Positions 9,714-19,908 of a DNA stretch of 64,000 nt are shown piece after piece (the first letter of the stretch is position 1; every line of letters starts with the position of its first letter). The stretch spans positions 1 to 64,000 of IMG/VR virus record IMGVR_UViG_3300032287_002972; one strand, given 5' to 3'. The translations under genes and the position numbers were made by a program. Source of the DNA: a virus. The notes under the pieces were generated by a model that saw nothing but the letters and a program-made list of their open reading frames with translations, had not been told where the DNA came from and searched no databases.

Positions 9714-12635
9714 TTAAAAATCAATAACATGAAAAGATAAGTCATTTTCATTAGTTCCTATAATTTCATCAGAATTACTTTTAATACTATTTGCTTGTAA
9801 GTTTACAACTTTTCTATTATGGTCTATCCAATATTTATCAACTAAATCAATACTATTTTCTAAGTACATAAAGAAAGGGTCACGTTTAACTCTATTCCAA
9901 AATGAAACTTCACTATCAGATAAAGTCATTACTTCGTCTAATTTATCTTGTCCATCTTCTTTTATTGGAAAACCATTAACTAAATCACATTGAGTTTTTG
10001 TAAAGTATTGTCTATCTTTTGGGTCTTCTATAAGAATTTCATCACGAATCTCAGGTTTAAATACCACAAGTAATGGTTCAATACGTTTATTGAAATTTGA
10101 TAAATAACGAGGTACGTTATAATCTCCTTTTAGGTCTGGGTTATTTAAAATATCTTTTTCTGAAATCATATAACAATTAACTCTAATCATTGATTTCATA
10201 TCATCATCAGGTAAATTATTATTATTATTTTCCATATAATAACTTAAATCATCTTTTCTCCAACCACTTTTTAATTTATTTACTTTTTGTACATCACCAT
10301 CTGATTTTTTGAAACTATTATTTACATAATAAATTGTTTCACCTAAACCAGCGTGGTAATCATTTAACAAAATAAGTTCCATATGTGCTTGTCTAGACAT
10401 TAACGAACCTGACTTCGTTGTTTTTTTGACATATTGTTTGTAATCATCAATTGATTGTTTAACACGTGCTTTATTTGCTATTTTAGATAATGGTATTTCT
10501 TTATTATAAATTTTATTCACATAATCGTAATATAACTCTATAAATGAGACTCCATCACCATTTAATAAATGTTTTAAACCTTCATCCAAAAATTCTACCA
10601 CATATTGTTGTAATTTTTTAGATTTAATAGTATTTCCTGTTAATTTAATTTTTTCTTTTCCTTTCTTTAAAACTTTTATAATATAATTTTTTCTCGAGAC
10701 ATTAATACAAGATGGTGCGACATAATCAATATCAAGACCCATTTCATCCCTCATAAAAATATCATTAAATTCAGCTGTATCTGCCTCTATACCAATATAC
10801 TCTTTTCCTTTTATAACTAATTCATTTAAACCTTTACCGATATATCTATGTTCACCCACATCTTCCGGTGTTTCAAAATTAACCCCATCGGTGTCCATAA
10901 CGAGTGGTTTATATTGTTTTTTCATGTAGAACATAATCACCATTCTTAAAAATTGACGACCAACACAAGTAATTGTTTCACCCATATTCATATCACCCCA
11001 AGGAAATACTTGAGGTGCAGATAATGAACCAAAATATGCGTTAATGAAAATTTTGATAGGTAATTGTTTTCTATCGTACATTTCAGATTTCACTGGATCT
11101 GTTTTAGATAACTCACTTGTTAATCTTTTATATTTAATACGAATATTTCTAAAATATTTTAACATAGATTTTTGAACCCCCATAATATCACAATCAGGGA
11201 AAACATCATATACAAGTTGTATAGAAGGATAAAGTGAAGCATAGTCAAACTTTACAATATTTTTTGAATATCCAACTGTCAATAATCTAGATAAACCACC
11301 AGTTATTGGTCTTTTTTCATCTTTACTTGGTATCGCTAAATTATTTTCATAACTCCACGCTAACATTATTATTTTCCATAACGTAGCAGTACCCATTGTT
11401 GATACCCTTTCATAGGTTGTTGGTATTAATTTAGAAAGTAAAAATGTAGATTGTGAAAATGAATCGTCAACGACCATAGTTTCATATAAATCGTCATCAA
11501 GATATTGTTCTACAATTTTTTTACCTGTCCATATTTCATATTTACCAGGATATCTTTGTAAAAGATTTTCGGTCCCAACTTCTCCGATTTGTTTATAATT
11601 TCCTGTTTTTGGATTTAAATAATAACTCTCATTCTCCAAATATATTTTGGATATTTTTGCACCATCTACGTAAACACGATTTGTTTTTTCTTTCTCTAAA
11701 TATTTTGTGATATATTTTAATCCCCATGATTTTATTTCTGAATTAATCGCTTGGGCTCTACGAACTGAATGGGATATATCAATAATATTAAACCCCCACA
11801 TTATATGTTGTGTGTATGGTTCTACCTCATTAGCTAATTTTAAAATCCCTTCTTTTTCTTTTATTCCTTGTGATGTGAAAATTTGGGTTAAACCTTTTAA
11901 ATCAACATTCAATATTTTTGCTCTTTTTAATATAAAAGGCCAGTCAAAGGATGCTGAATTATATCCTGAAATTATTGTTGGTTTTGTTTCCCTTATTAGA
12001 TTAAAAAATTTTTCAATACATTTTTTTTCACCATCTTCACCAAAGGCATTAATAGTTTCCTTTAAAGAACGATTATCCTTAACACCAATTAATATTATAT
12101 TATTAATGTTTGGGTCTAAACCTGTTGTTTCAATATCAAATACAAAACGATGTACATCAGAATAATCTTCAATACCTTTAAATAATCTTTTATTTTTTTG
12201 AATTAGATATTGTTCAACTGGAGAAAGAATAATAAATAAATGTTTAAATTTATCACTCCAAGGGTCAATTCCTCCTTGTTTAAAGAAATTAATTAAATTT
12301 GTATATCCTTTTATTGACTTTACTAGATATGTAAGACCGTTCTCTAATCTTTTATTACCACCAGTTTGTAATTTTTCAATTAGAATACCGTGTTCCCCCA
12401 TTTTATTTTTTTGGAGAATTTTATCGTTTTTGTAAAAATTTAATCCTGTTAAATCACCAACCCAAAGAAATGGGACGATATTATCTTGTTTTATAAACTT
12501 ACCTTTTTCAGGATGTTGTATTATTTTGAATATTTTATTAGTTCGGTAATCGTATTCTACACCGACAATATATTCTTCTGAATCTGAACCGTTCAAGAAA
12601 TTTTCAATAATTTCTTGAGAAATAATTTCTGACAT
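9714..12635 (-). CDS. polB: Family B DNA polymerase with 3'-5' exonuclease
   Basis: Exo I FDIETTG, Exo II GYNSASFDWPFI, region II KFDYASLYPS, region III KIFINAYFG, region I MDTDG. Confidence 0.96.
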   Translation of the reverse strand: MSEIISQEIIENFLNGSDSEEYIVGVEYDYRTNKIFKIIQHPEKGKFIKQDNIVPFLWVGDLTGLNFYKNDKILQKNKMGEHGILIEKLQTGGNKRLENGLTYLVKSIKGYTNLINFFKQGGIDPWSDKFKHLFIILSPVEQYLIQKNKRLFKGIEDYSDVHRFVFDIETTGLDPNINNIILIGVKDNRSLKETINAFGEDGEKKCIEKFFNLIRETKPTIISGYNSASFDWPFILKRAKILNVDLKGLTQIFTSQGIKEKEGILKLANEVEPYTQHIMWGFNIIDISHSVRRAQAINSEIKSWGLKYITKYLEKEKTNRVYVDGAKISKIYLENESYYLNPKTGNYKQIGEVGTENLLQRYPGKYEIWTGKKIVEQYLDDDLYETMVVDDSFSQSTFLLSKLIPTTYERVSTMGTATLWKIIMLAWSYENNLAIPSKDEKRPITGGLSRLLTVGYSKNIVKFDYASLYPSIQLVYDVFPDCDIMGVQKSMLKYFRNIRIKYKRLTSELSKTDPVKSEMYDRKQLPIKIFINAYFGSLSAPQVFPWGDMNMGETITCVGRQFLRMVIMFYMKKQYKPLVMDTDGVNFETPEDVGEHRYIGKGLNELVIKGKEYIGIEADTAEFNDIFMRDEMGLDIDYVAPSCINVSRKNYIIKVLKKGKEKIKLTGNTIKSKKLQQYVVEFLDEGLKHLLNGDGVSFIELYYDYVNKIYNKEIPLSKIANKARVKQSIDDYKQYVKKTTKSGSLMSRQAHMELILLNDYHAGLGETIYYVNNSFKKSDGDVQKVNKLKSGWRKDDLSYYMENNNNNLPDDDMKSMIRVNCYMISEKDILNNPDLKGDYNVPRYLSNFNKRIEPLLVVFKPEIRDEILIEDPKDRQYFTKTQCDLVNGFPIKEDGQDKLDEVMTLSDSEVSFWNRVKRDPFFMYLENSIDLVDKYWIDHNRKVVNLQANSIKSNSDEIIGTNENDLSFHVIDF

Positions 12636-12665
12636 GGTATATTATTTTTAGTTTAACATATTATC

Positions 12666-12704
12666 TTACGATATAAATCGTAATTAGTCTTGACCACAAA
12701 TATA
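12666..12704 (-). promoter_or_regulatory. TATATTTG (-7) promoter element (12697-12704) and leader hairpin (12666-12683) upstream of DNA polymerase
   Basis: Minus strand reads GGTATATTTG; inverted repeat TTACGAT-N4-ATCGTAA lies in the leader. Confidence 0.55.
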
Positions 12705-12713
12705 CCAAAAATT

Positions 12714-13082
12714 TTAGAATATTGTAATAAATAATTTTTCTTTTATTGGTAAAATTAATTTATTAGTTGGATTAGAATTTGTATCCAAAAATTGTATTGT
12801 TATTTTCCCTTCATATTTTCCAATAACTGAAGTTTGTTGTTCTGTAAATCTATGAATTATATAATATTCATCTGTTGTTTGATTATATTTTTTATTCCTT
12901 GTTGTTATATTACATTCTGAATTTAATATAACAGGTTCATTATCTTCTATTTTGAACATATCAAATACAATAGATGAATTTTCTAATAAATCATTAAATG
13001 ATGATTTATCGTTTAATCCATCATCAATTAGTTTCATTTTTAATATTGGGTCAGTTGAACCCTGTCTGATAAAAAATTCCAT
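12714..13082 (-). CDS. Small virion protein, BppU-like Ig fold
   Basis: FFIRQGSTDPIL...GKYEGKITIQF pattern; TATTTATA 4 nt upstream (13087-13094). Confidence 0.5.
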   Translation of the reverse strand: MEFFIRQGSTDPILKMKLIDDGLNDKSSFNDLLENSSIVFDMFKIEDNEPVILNSECNITTRNKKYNQTTDEYYIIHRFTEQQTSVIGKYEGKITIQFLDTNSNPTNKLILPIKEKLFITIF

Positions 13083-13095
13083 ATCCTATAAATAG

Positions 13096-15336
13096 TTATA
13101 AACCATATTTTGATTTGTCTGCATTGAAATTTTGTAAAACTTCCGATGATGTTAATGATTTATTATATAATCTAGTTATACCAATTCTACCATTCATCCA
13201 TTGAGAGTATTCACCATTGTTATATGAACCTATATATAAATTAGTAGAAGTATTCAATAAACTTGATAAACTATGACTTACACTACCTATACTTGTACCA
13301 TTTACAAATGTTTCAAAGGTATTTGTTGTAATATTAGTAAATACAAATACTATTTGATACCAAGTATTAAGTGTTAAAACTTGTGCTATGCTATCTACAA
13401 ATAATGTTGCACCAGAACCTGACCCTGAACCTAATTGTGAGTATATATTAACACCTGAAACTCTAATACTATAACTAACATCTTGTGACAATCCACCTGG
13501 GTCGAACTTACCTAATATAACTTTACTACCCGTTGAATTTGATAAATACACCCAAGACTCCATTGTCCAGTCACCATTTCCCGGTTCTAACAATTCATTA
13601 TCTACAATTGATATTTGTGATGAAGAACCATTATATGTAAAGTATGGTGATGTATATGTTATATTACTCATTGTTCCATTTCTACCATTACCACTTAAAT
13701 CCGTAATAGTTGTTCCACTACCTGGATATGAAGATGGGTTAGATGGGTCATAATAGAGTCTTAAATTACTTGTAACAATTTCCGATGTTGGTGTTGGAGT
13801 TGGTGTACTCGTTGGTGTTGGAGTATTAGTCGCGGTTGGAGTTGGAGTTGGAGTTGGATTTGATTCCACAAATCTTGGGGATAAGAAATTATATTGTTGT
13901 TTTATTTCGTTCAATGATAATTTCTTGTTGTATAAATATAAATTTGCAACGTGCCCCCAAGGTTGACCTGATAAATCATTATTACCCCATCCCCAATGTG
14001 TAATTCCACCAGAACCTTGTAAGATTGAATTTCCAACTTGTGAACCATTTATATAAAATGTTTGGGAAACATTATCACCAACAACCGCCCATTGAACCCA
14101 AACTCCTTGAAATGATGACGCATCGTATCCCGAACTTCTAAATTCACTATCCCAATAACCCAATGTACTTCCTCCATTTGGAATAGTAATAGGTGCATAT
14201 TTTGGTGAATTTGTGTAAAGTAATGTTCTAAATCCTGCGGTACTAGATATTAATCTTGCCCAAGTGATATACGTATATCCTGTTGTTGGTAACGTAGGAC
14301 CAGTTCCATTTACAACAACTCTGTTAGTTCCTGTTGTACAATCAAAACATTTTACACCATTTAATGTGGTAAATGTTGAACCTAATAAACTATGGTCATA
14401 TGAATTTGTTAAATCATAAACAGTTGTTCCACTACCAGGATAACTTATTGAATTATTTGCATCTAATTGAAGTAATAACCCATCAGTGGTTAAATTAGGA
14501 ATTGTTGATAAAGTAAAATTATAATTACTCAAAACTTCTGCATCTGTCAATGATTTGTTATATACTCTCATTATACCAAATCTACCATTAAAATCAGTTC
14601 CATCACCTTGACTTGTAAAATCTCTATAACCAAAATTCATATAAAATAGTAGAGAATCATCCATCGGTGATTGAAAAGTTAAGTTTACCGAACCCTTAAA
14701 TACCCCATCAAGGTATCCCTTACATACCGAACCATCATAAGTTAAAACTATTTGATGCCATTGATTAAATGAAACTGCACCTATATTGCCGGTTGATACT
14801 AACCCACCTACCCCTGACCACAATCCAACCTCCAAATTACCACCAACTATTTCTATTGCCGAAAAGTGATACGATACATTTGGAGTTGTTGTACCATTAT
14901 ACTGAACTAACACCCCATTATCAGTTGGATATACCCATACTTCTACCGAATGAACTTCATTAGATATTGGTATTACCGAACTTAAATTTGGTGTTGTTAT
15001 ATAATCATCATTAAAAGTAAAATAATTAACAGTCCAAGTTGGAGAACCTGTAATTGTCCCATTTCTACTATTACCACTTAAATCGGTAATAGTTGTTCCA
15101 CTACCATTGTATGATGATGTACTAAATGTGTTATAATATAAAAGTAAGTTACTTGATACGATTCCTGTTGGAGTTGGTGTGATAGTTGGTGTTGGTGTTA
15201 ATGTTGGAGTTGGGGTAATGGTTATTGTGGGTGTTGGTATCGGTGTTAACGGCCATATTTCATTACCATTCAATACCACTCTACTTGCAGAATTACCATT
15301 AAGAACAATATTATCAATATTATCAAATAAACCCAT
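13096..15336 (-). CDS. Fibre/receptor-binding protein with three LamG (ConA-like) domains and Pro/Thr linkers
   Basis: Three 'SYxGSGTT..DL' ... 'YNK.L...E...N' units separated by (TP)n runs. Start placed at MGLF (15336); the ORF track gives 15345. Confidence 0.85.
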   Translation of the reverse strand: MGLFDNIDNIVLNGNSASRVVLNGNEIWPLTPIPTPTITITPTPTLTPTPTITPTPTGIVSSNLLLYYNTFSTSSYNGSGTTITDLSGNSRNGTITGSPTWTVNYFTFNDDYITTPNLSSVIPISNEVHSVEVWVYPTDNGVLVQYNGTTTPNVSYHFSAIEIVGGNLEVGLWSGVGGLVSTGNIGAVSFNQWHQIVLTYDGSVCKGYLDGVFKGSVNLTFQSPMDDSLLFYMNFGYRDFTSQGDGTDFNGRFGIMRVYNKSLTDAEVLSNYNFTLSTIPNLTTDGLLLQLDANNSISYPGSGTTVYDLTNSYDHSLLGSTFTTLNGVKCFDCTTGTNRVVVNGTGPTLPTTGYTYITWARLISSTAGFRTLLYTNSPKYAPITIPNGGSTLGYWDSEFRSSGYDASSFQGVWVQWAVVGDNVSQTFYINGSQVGNSILQGSGGITHWGWGNNDLSGQPWGHVANLYLYNKKLSLNEIKQQYNFLSPRFVESNPTPTPTPTATNTPTPTSTPTPTPTSEIVTSNLRLYYDPSNPSSYPGSGTTITDLSGNGRNGTMSNITYTSPYFTYNGSSSQISIVDNELLEPGNGDWTMESWVYLSNSTGSKVILGKFDPGGLSQDVSYSIRVSGVNIYSQLGSGSGSGATLFVDSIAQVLTLNTWYQIVFVFTNITTNTFETFVNGTSIGSVSHSLSSLLNTSTNLYIGSYNNGEYSQWMNGRIGITRLYNKSLTSSEVLQNFNADKSKYGL

Positions 15337-15337
15337 A

Positions 15338-16552
15338 TTAATCAATTATAATATAAAGTGTACCACTTATAGGTGTTATTGAGGCGTACGATGCAGATGT
15401 TATTGTTTCTATCTTATTAATCGTATCTGATGAAACGATATTAGAATTATTTAATGTTGCACTACCACTAATATCTAATGAACCATCAATTGTTGTACCA
15501 CTTGTTGATTTTATTGTAATAGTAGATGTGCTATCGTCTATTTTTAAAAAATTAGTATCATCACCAAAGAAACTATATGTGGCATTTCCTTTAAAATGTA
15601 TATCAGATGCTGCGGTGTTATAAATTTTAAAATCTCTTGAATCGTTAAAATCTGGTTTTAAGTAAAGAGAACCTGTTCCTTGAATATTTGTTGTTTGAAA
15701 AACTTCGGTAATAAATAACGATCCACTAATAGTTTCATCGCCAGTAAAAATATTTGAACCAGTTATAGCATAACCTAAATTTGAAATTTGTGATGAACCA
15801 GAAACTAGAGATGGAAGGTTTATTAGATTTATCCAATCTAAAGAACCTGTTAAATTAGATGCTGAAACATTAAAGTTTGTTATTATCCCTCCGTTTAGAA
15901 CAGATAAATTACTCCCTAAAATTTCTACATTATCACCATTTGTTATTATATTTAAACTACCACTTAAGTTTTGTATCGTTTCTACTGCTAAATATTTACT
16001 ACCACTTATTGTTTGATTATCTACAAAAATATTTGAACCGGTTGTTGTTAAGTTTGATAAATCTTGTTCATTTGTTGCCGATATTATTCTAGAATCAAAA
16101 GATTCACTTACTGAATTATATGAAGATGTGAATATATTAAATATACTCGACGATAAAAACATAGAAACATTTGTTGGTAAATTAGATAATTGACTACCAT
16201 CACCAACAAAAAATGATGAAGATATTGGACCAAAAATCTTTAAACTTCCTGTGAAAATATGATTATCATCTAAACTATTCCCAAAAGAAGTGGAACCACT
16301 TATTGATTCTATAACAATGTTTGATATTGAAGAACTTAAAATATATTGTTGTGCCGTTAATGAACCACTTATTGTTAAATCACCATTAATTATCTGACTA
16401 CCAGTAAAATAATGTGACCCACTATCAACAAGTACATTTCTTAATGTTTGTAAAGTGGATTTATGTGTTATTCCATTATCAACAACTACAGTGATTCCTG
16501 TTAAACTTGGTGTTGTTGTTCCAGATAATTCCGATATTTTTTTATATGCCAT
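15338..16552 (-). CDS. Tail-fibre-like protein with (I/T)-(S/T)-G-S repeats
   Basis: N-terminal KKISEL, many ITGS/ISGS repeats, C-terminal GTLYII. Confidence 0.7.
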   Translation of the reverse strand: MAYKKISELSGTTTPSLTGITVVVDNGITHKSTLQTLRNVLVDSGSHYFTGSQIINGDLTISGSLTAQQYILSSSISNIVIESISGSTSFGNSLDDNHIFTGSLKIFGPISSSFFVGDGSQLSNLPTNVSMFLSSSIFNIFTSSYNSVSESFDSRIISATNEQDLSNLTTTGSNIFVDNQTISGSKYLAVETIQNLSGSLNIITNGDNVEILGSNLSVLNGGIITNFNVSASNLTGSLDWINLINLPSLVSGSSQISNLGYAITGSNIFTGDETISGSLFITEVFQTTNIQGTGSLYLKPDFNDSRDFKIYNTAASDIHFKGNATYSFFGDDTNFLKIDDSTSTITIKSTSGTTIDGSLDISGSATLNNSNIVSSDTINKIETITSASYASITPISGTLYIIID

Positions 16553-16565
16553 TATTATAAATATT

Positions 16566-17666
16566 TCAATAAATTATTATATTATTGTCTTCAGTATATA
16601 AACTAAAATTATCTTCAGTATAAAGACCCATATTACTATACCCATAAATAATATCTTGACAAATTTCATTACATTCATAAATATTAAAGTACGGTTTTAT
16701 TGATGTCTTGTAATAATGATTAATTTCACTAAATGATAATGGTTCTTTAAAATATTTGACTTGTATTAAATTAAATTGTGTAAATCCTGTGTGTAAATTC
16801 TCAATATTATTTGTTCCACCACCCCAAACCTGAACGATAGGGTTTTCATATTCTCTAGGTATTATTTCCTCCCAATTATTTAATTTATATATAGGTTTAC
16901 CGTTTAAATATATTTTTAATATTCCTAATCTTTTGTTTTTTTCATTAATCCATCTATCATTCAATGTATATGTATATGAAATATCTTCTGTTACACCTGT
17001 TAATACCTCTGTTGGGTTTAAAACTGTATAATCAGAAATCAAGTCATTTATACCACCATAGTTTTGTAAATCACATAAACCATAAATTTCGTTATATCTT
17101 TTGAATGTTATTGTAATATTGAAATCCTCTTGTGTTCCATCGGTACACATTACAGGTGTTTGACCTGAAGAAATATAACTTGTTTCTGTATAACCACTAG
17201 TAGTGTGACAATAACCTGAATATTTATATGTTTCCCATTTAATTCTACCATCTGTAGTAAATGAAAATGATAAATTATTATCTAAATACTTTGATGAGAT
17301 AGTTTCATTTTTAATTCCCCAATAATAGAATGTATTTCCACTTATCCAAGGTAATGAATCTCTATTGAAAACAAAATCTAAAGTCCATCCTTTTTCTGTT
17401 CTTTTTTCTACCTTGAAATCACAACTAAAATCAGTATAATCTGTATCAATTTCAAATTCAAAAGGTTTTACTGAGTTTAATGTTACACCTGTTATACAAG
17501 ATGAATCAAAAATTAAACTATTATAATCAATTTCGTTTTCAAAATCTAAAACTAAAAAATTATAATCCATTTCGGTTCCACCTAACTCATAATCATAAAG
17601 TTCAGATGTGTCTAATTTTAAATCAAGTTTTGTTCCCCAAAATTTTTTTATATTCTGACTATTCAT
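16566..17666 (-). CDS. Putative virion structural protein
   Basis: LKIYLNGK beta-sandwich-like segment; C-terminal LYTEDN x2; TATTTATA at 17671-17678. Confidence 0.55.
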   Translation of the reverse strand: MNSQNIKKFWGTKLDLKLDTSELYDYELGGTEMDYNFLVLDFENEIDYNSLIFDSSCITGVTLNSVKPFEFEIDTDYTDFSCDFKVEKRTEKGWTLDFVFNRDSLPWISGNTFYYWGIKNETISSKYLDNNLSFSFTTDGRIKWETYKYSGYCHTTSGYTETSYISSGQTPVMCTDGTQEDFNITITFKRYNEIYGLCDLQNYGGINDLISDYTVLNPTEVLTGVTEDISYTYTLNDRWINEKNKRLGILKIYLNGKPIYKLNNWEEIIPREYENPIVQVWGGGTNNIENLHTGFTQFNLIQVKYFKEPLSFSEINHYYKTSIKPYFNIYECNEICQDIIYGYSNMGLYTEDNFSLYTEDNNIIIY

Positions 17667-17722
17667 ACTTTATAAATATCTTTCATTTCTTTTGATATTT
17701 ATAAATAAAAAAAAATAATTAA

Positions 17723-18472
17723 ATGGATACATATTTAAGAAAAATTATTGAAGAAACTTTTGCATCTAAATCACAACAAAGATTCTTTTACGCTAAGGCG
17801 GGTGATAAGTCTAAATCACCAAAAGAAAGAAAAAAATGGGGTAAATGGGCTAAAGAATTTTCTAGTAAAACAGATTTTAAAAAAATACCAGATAAAATTG
17901 AAGATGATATAGACGAAGTTGTTGATGAATTTGGTAATATATCAAAAAAGAAAATTCCATTAACTAAAGATAGTAAAGGGGGTAGTAAAAAAACTACAGA
18001 TCAAGTTGTCCAAACAGCCGGTGGTTCTATGGGTATTCATGGTGTACACGGTACACATACTTCACTTAGGTATTGGGCAGAGTCTGATTTAACTAAAGGT
18101 TTGGGATATCACGATACTTTAGGTCAAGATGCTAGTATGAAAGACGCTGAAGAATATTTTAAAAATGAACTTGAGATGGATGATAGAGAAACTGAAGAAA
18201 GATTATCATCATACGGTTATGATAAAAAATTAAAAGGCGATAAACTTAGGTTAATTGAAAATCCAAGTAAATTTATTGAAGACTATGTTGAAAGTATTCT
18301 TAATAAGAAAACAGATAATAATGATTTATTAAAAAGTGACCAATATGAAGATATTGAAAAAGAGATAGATTCATTAACTAAAAAACAAATAATGGCATTA
18401 AAAAAGAATATAAATAACAATAGTATCCCATTGAGTCAAGTAATAAAATTATTGAAAAATAAAGATGAATAA
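17723..18472 (+). CDS. Hypothetical protein, possibly head-internal
   Basis: IIEE followed by FASKSQQRFFYAK; TATTTATA at 17696-17703. Confidence 0.7.
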   Translation: MDTYLRKIIEETFASKSQQRFFYAKAGDKSKSPKERKKWGKWAKEFSSKTDFKKIPDKIEDDIDEVVDEFGNISKKKIPLTKDSKGGSKKTTDQVVQTAGGSMGIHGVHGTHTSLRYWAESDLTKGLGYHDTLGQDASMKDAEEYFKNELEMDDRETEERLSSYGYDKKLKGDKLRLIENPSKFIEDYVESILNKKTDNNDLLKSDQYEDIEKEIDSLTKKQIMALKKNINNNSIPLSQVIKLLKNKDE

Positions 18473-18953
18473 AGATTTAAAAAATAGGATTTTTAAAATA
18501 CCACAAAATATTTTAAATAAAATAAATCATACAATTGTTGGATTAAATGGTAAAAATGTAAAAGGGATTCAAAGAGGGAAGAAACTTTTAGAGGATAAAA
18601 CAGTTAAGTACAGTCAATTGAAAAGAATTATTCATGATATTAAAAACATGGATAAAATAAATGATAAGATAAAATTTGATCTTTGTGGTGGAGAATTAAT
18701 GGAGAAATGGGCATTAACTTTTTTGGATAATGAAAGAGATTTGATTAAGAGTAATAAAAAATCGAGAAAAAAGAATGATGAAAATACTGGTTTTACTGGA
18801 CAAAGAAAAAATAGTTATTTAAGTACTCATACAAAGAATTTTAATTTTAAAATACCAAAAAATTTAATCAAGAGTAATTCAAATAAAAATAGTATTTCAT
18901 CATTAAAACTTTTTGAAGAAATAGAAAAAATAAAAAATTTAATAAAAGATTAA
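18465..18953 (+). CDS. Hypothetical basic protein with C-terminal LFEEIEKIKNLI tag
   Basis: ORF overlapping the upstream gene's stop. Confidence 0.7.
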   Translation: MNKDLKNRIFKIPQNILNKINHTIVGLNGKNVKGIQRGKKLLEDKTVKYSQLKRIIHDIKNMDKINDKIKFDLCGGELMEKWALTFLDNERDLIKSNKKSRKKNDENTGFTGQRKNSYLSTHTKNFNFKIPKNLIKSNSNKNSISSLKLFEEIEKIKNLIKD

Positions 18954-18954
18954 T

Positions 18955-19908
18955 ATGGGAACTCAATTAGAAATTATTGCAGAACAACAAAGACAACAAC
19001 ATCTATCTGTTAATCAATATAATTATAGTCAATTATATGATTCTAATAATCCTAATGCGTTATCAAATAATGATAATAAAGGTAAAGGTGAGTTAAATGG
19101 AAACATAGGTTCAAAAACCGACATATTAGAAAGAAAATCACTATTATCAAAAAATACTTATAATCAAAATTTTTTATATGATTCTAATAACTCAAACGCG
19201 TTATCTAATGGAGATGAAAAAGGTAAAGGTGAGACAACAAAATCAATTGGAGGGTTAACCGATATTAATGTTAGAAACATTCTTTTAAGTAAAAATATAT
19301 ACACATCTAATATTGGTTATGGGAGTGATAACCCAAATGCAATATCTGATGGGGATGATAAAGGAAAAGGTGAAAATAATAATGGTAGTATTGGATCTAA
19401 TAAAGACATACTTGAAAGGACAAAATTATTATCAAAAAATATTTATAAATTTGATACTATATATGGTTCTAATCATCCTAACGCGAAATCTAATGGTGAT
19501 GAAAAAGGTAGGGGAGAACTTGATGGGTTTGTTGGTACTAAAACAGATATGAATGAAAGAATAAATTTGTATTCTAAAAACATATACAAACCAAATTATC
19601 CATATAATTCTAATAATCCTAATGCAATATCTAATGGTGATGAAAAAGGTAGGGGAGAACTTGATGGGTTTGTTGGTACTAAAACAGATATGAATGAAAG
19701 AATAAATTTGTATTCTAAAAACATATATAGACCAAATTATCCTTATAATTCAAACAATCCAAACGCAATATCTAATGGTGATGAAAAAGGTAGGGGTGAA
19801 CGTAATGGTATTGTTGGGACAAAAACAGATATTAATGAAAGAACATTATTAATCGCACGAAATAAATATAACTCTATTGAAGATTATAAGAAAAAAACTA
19901 TTTTTTAA
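18955..19908 (+). CDS. Repeat protein with six ~47-aa repeats (SNNPNAISNGDEKGRG...TDxxER..LxSKNxY)
   Basis: Protein repeats visible; DNA copies starting at 19488 and 19629 are 141 nt apart and almost identical. Confidence 0.85.
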   Translation: MGTQLEIIAEQQRQQHLSVNQYNYSQLYDSNNPNALSNNDNKGKGELNGNIGSKTDILERKSLLSKNTYNQNFLYDSNNSNALSNGDEKGKGETTKSIGGLTDINVRNILLSKNIYTSNIGYGSDNPNAISDGDDKGKGENNNGSIGSNKDILERTKLLSKNIYKFDTIYGSNHPNAKSNGDEKGRGELDGFVGTKTDMNERINLYSKNIYKPNYPYNSNNPNAISNGDEKGRGELDGFVGTKTDMNERINLYSKNIYRPNYPYNSNNPNAISNGDEKGRGERNGIVGTKTDINERTLLIARNKYNSIEDYKKKTIF

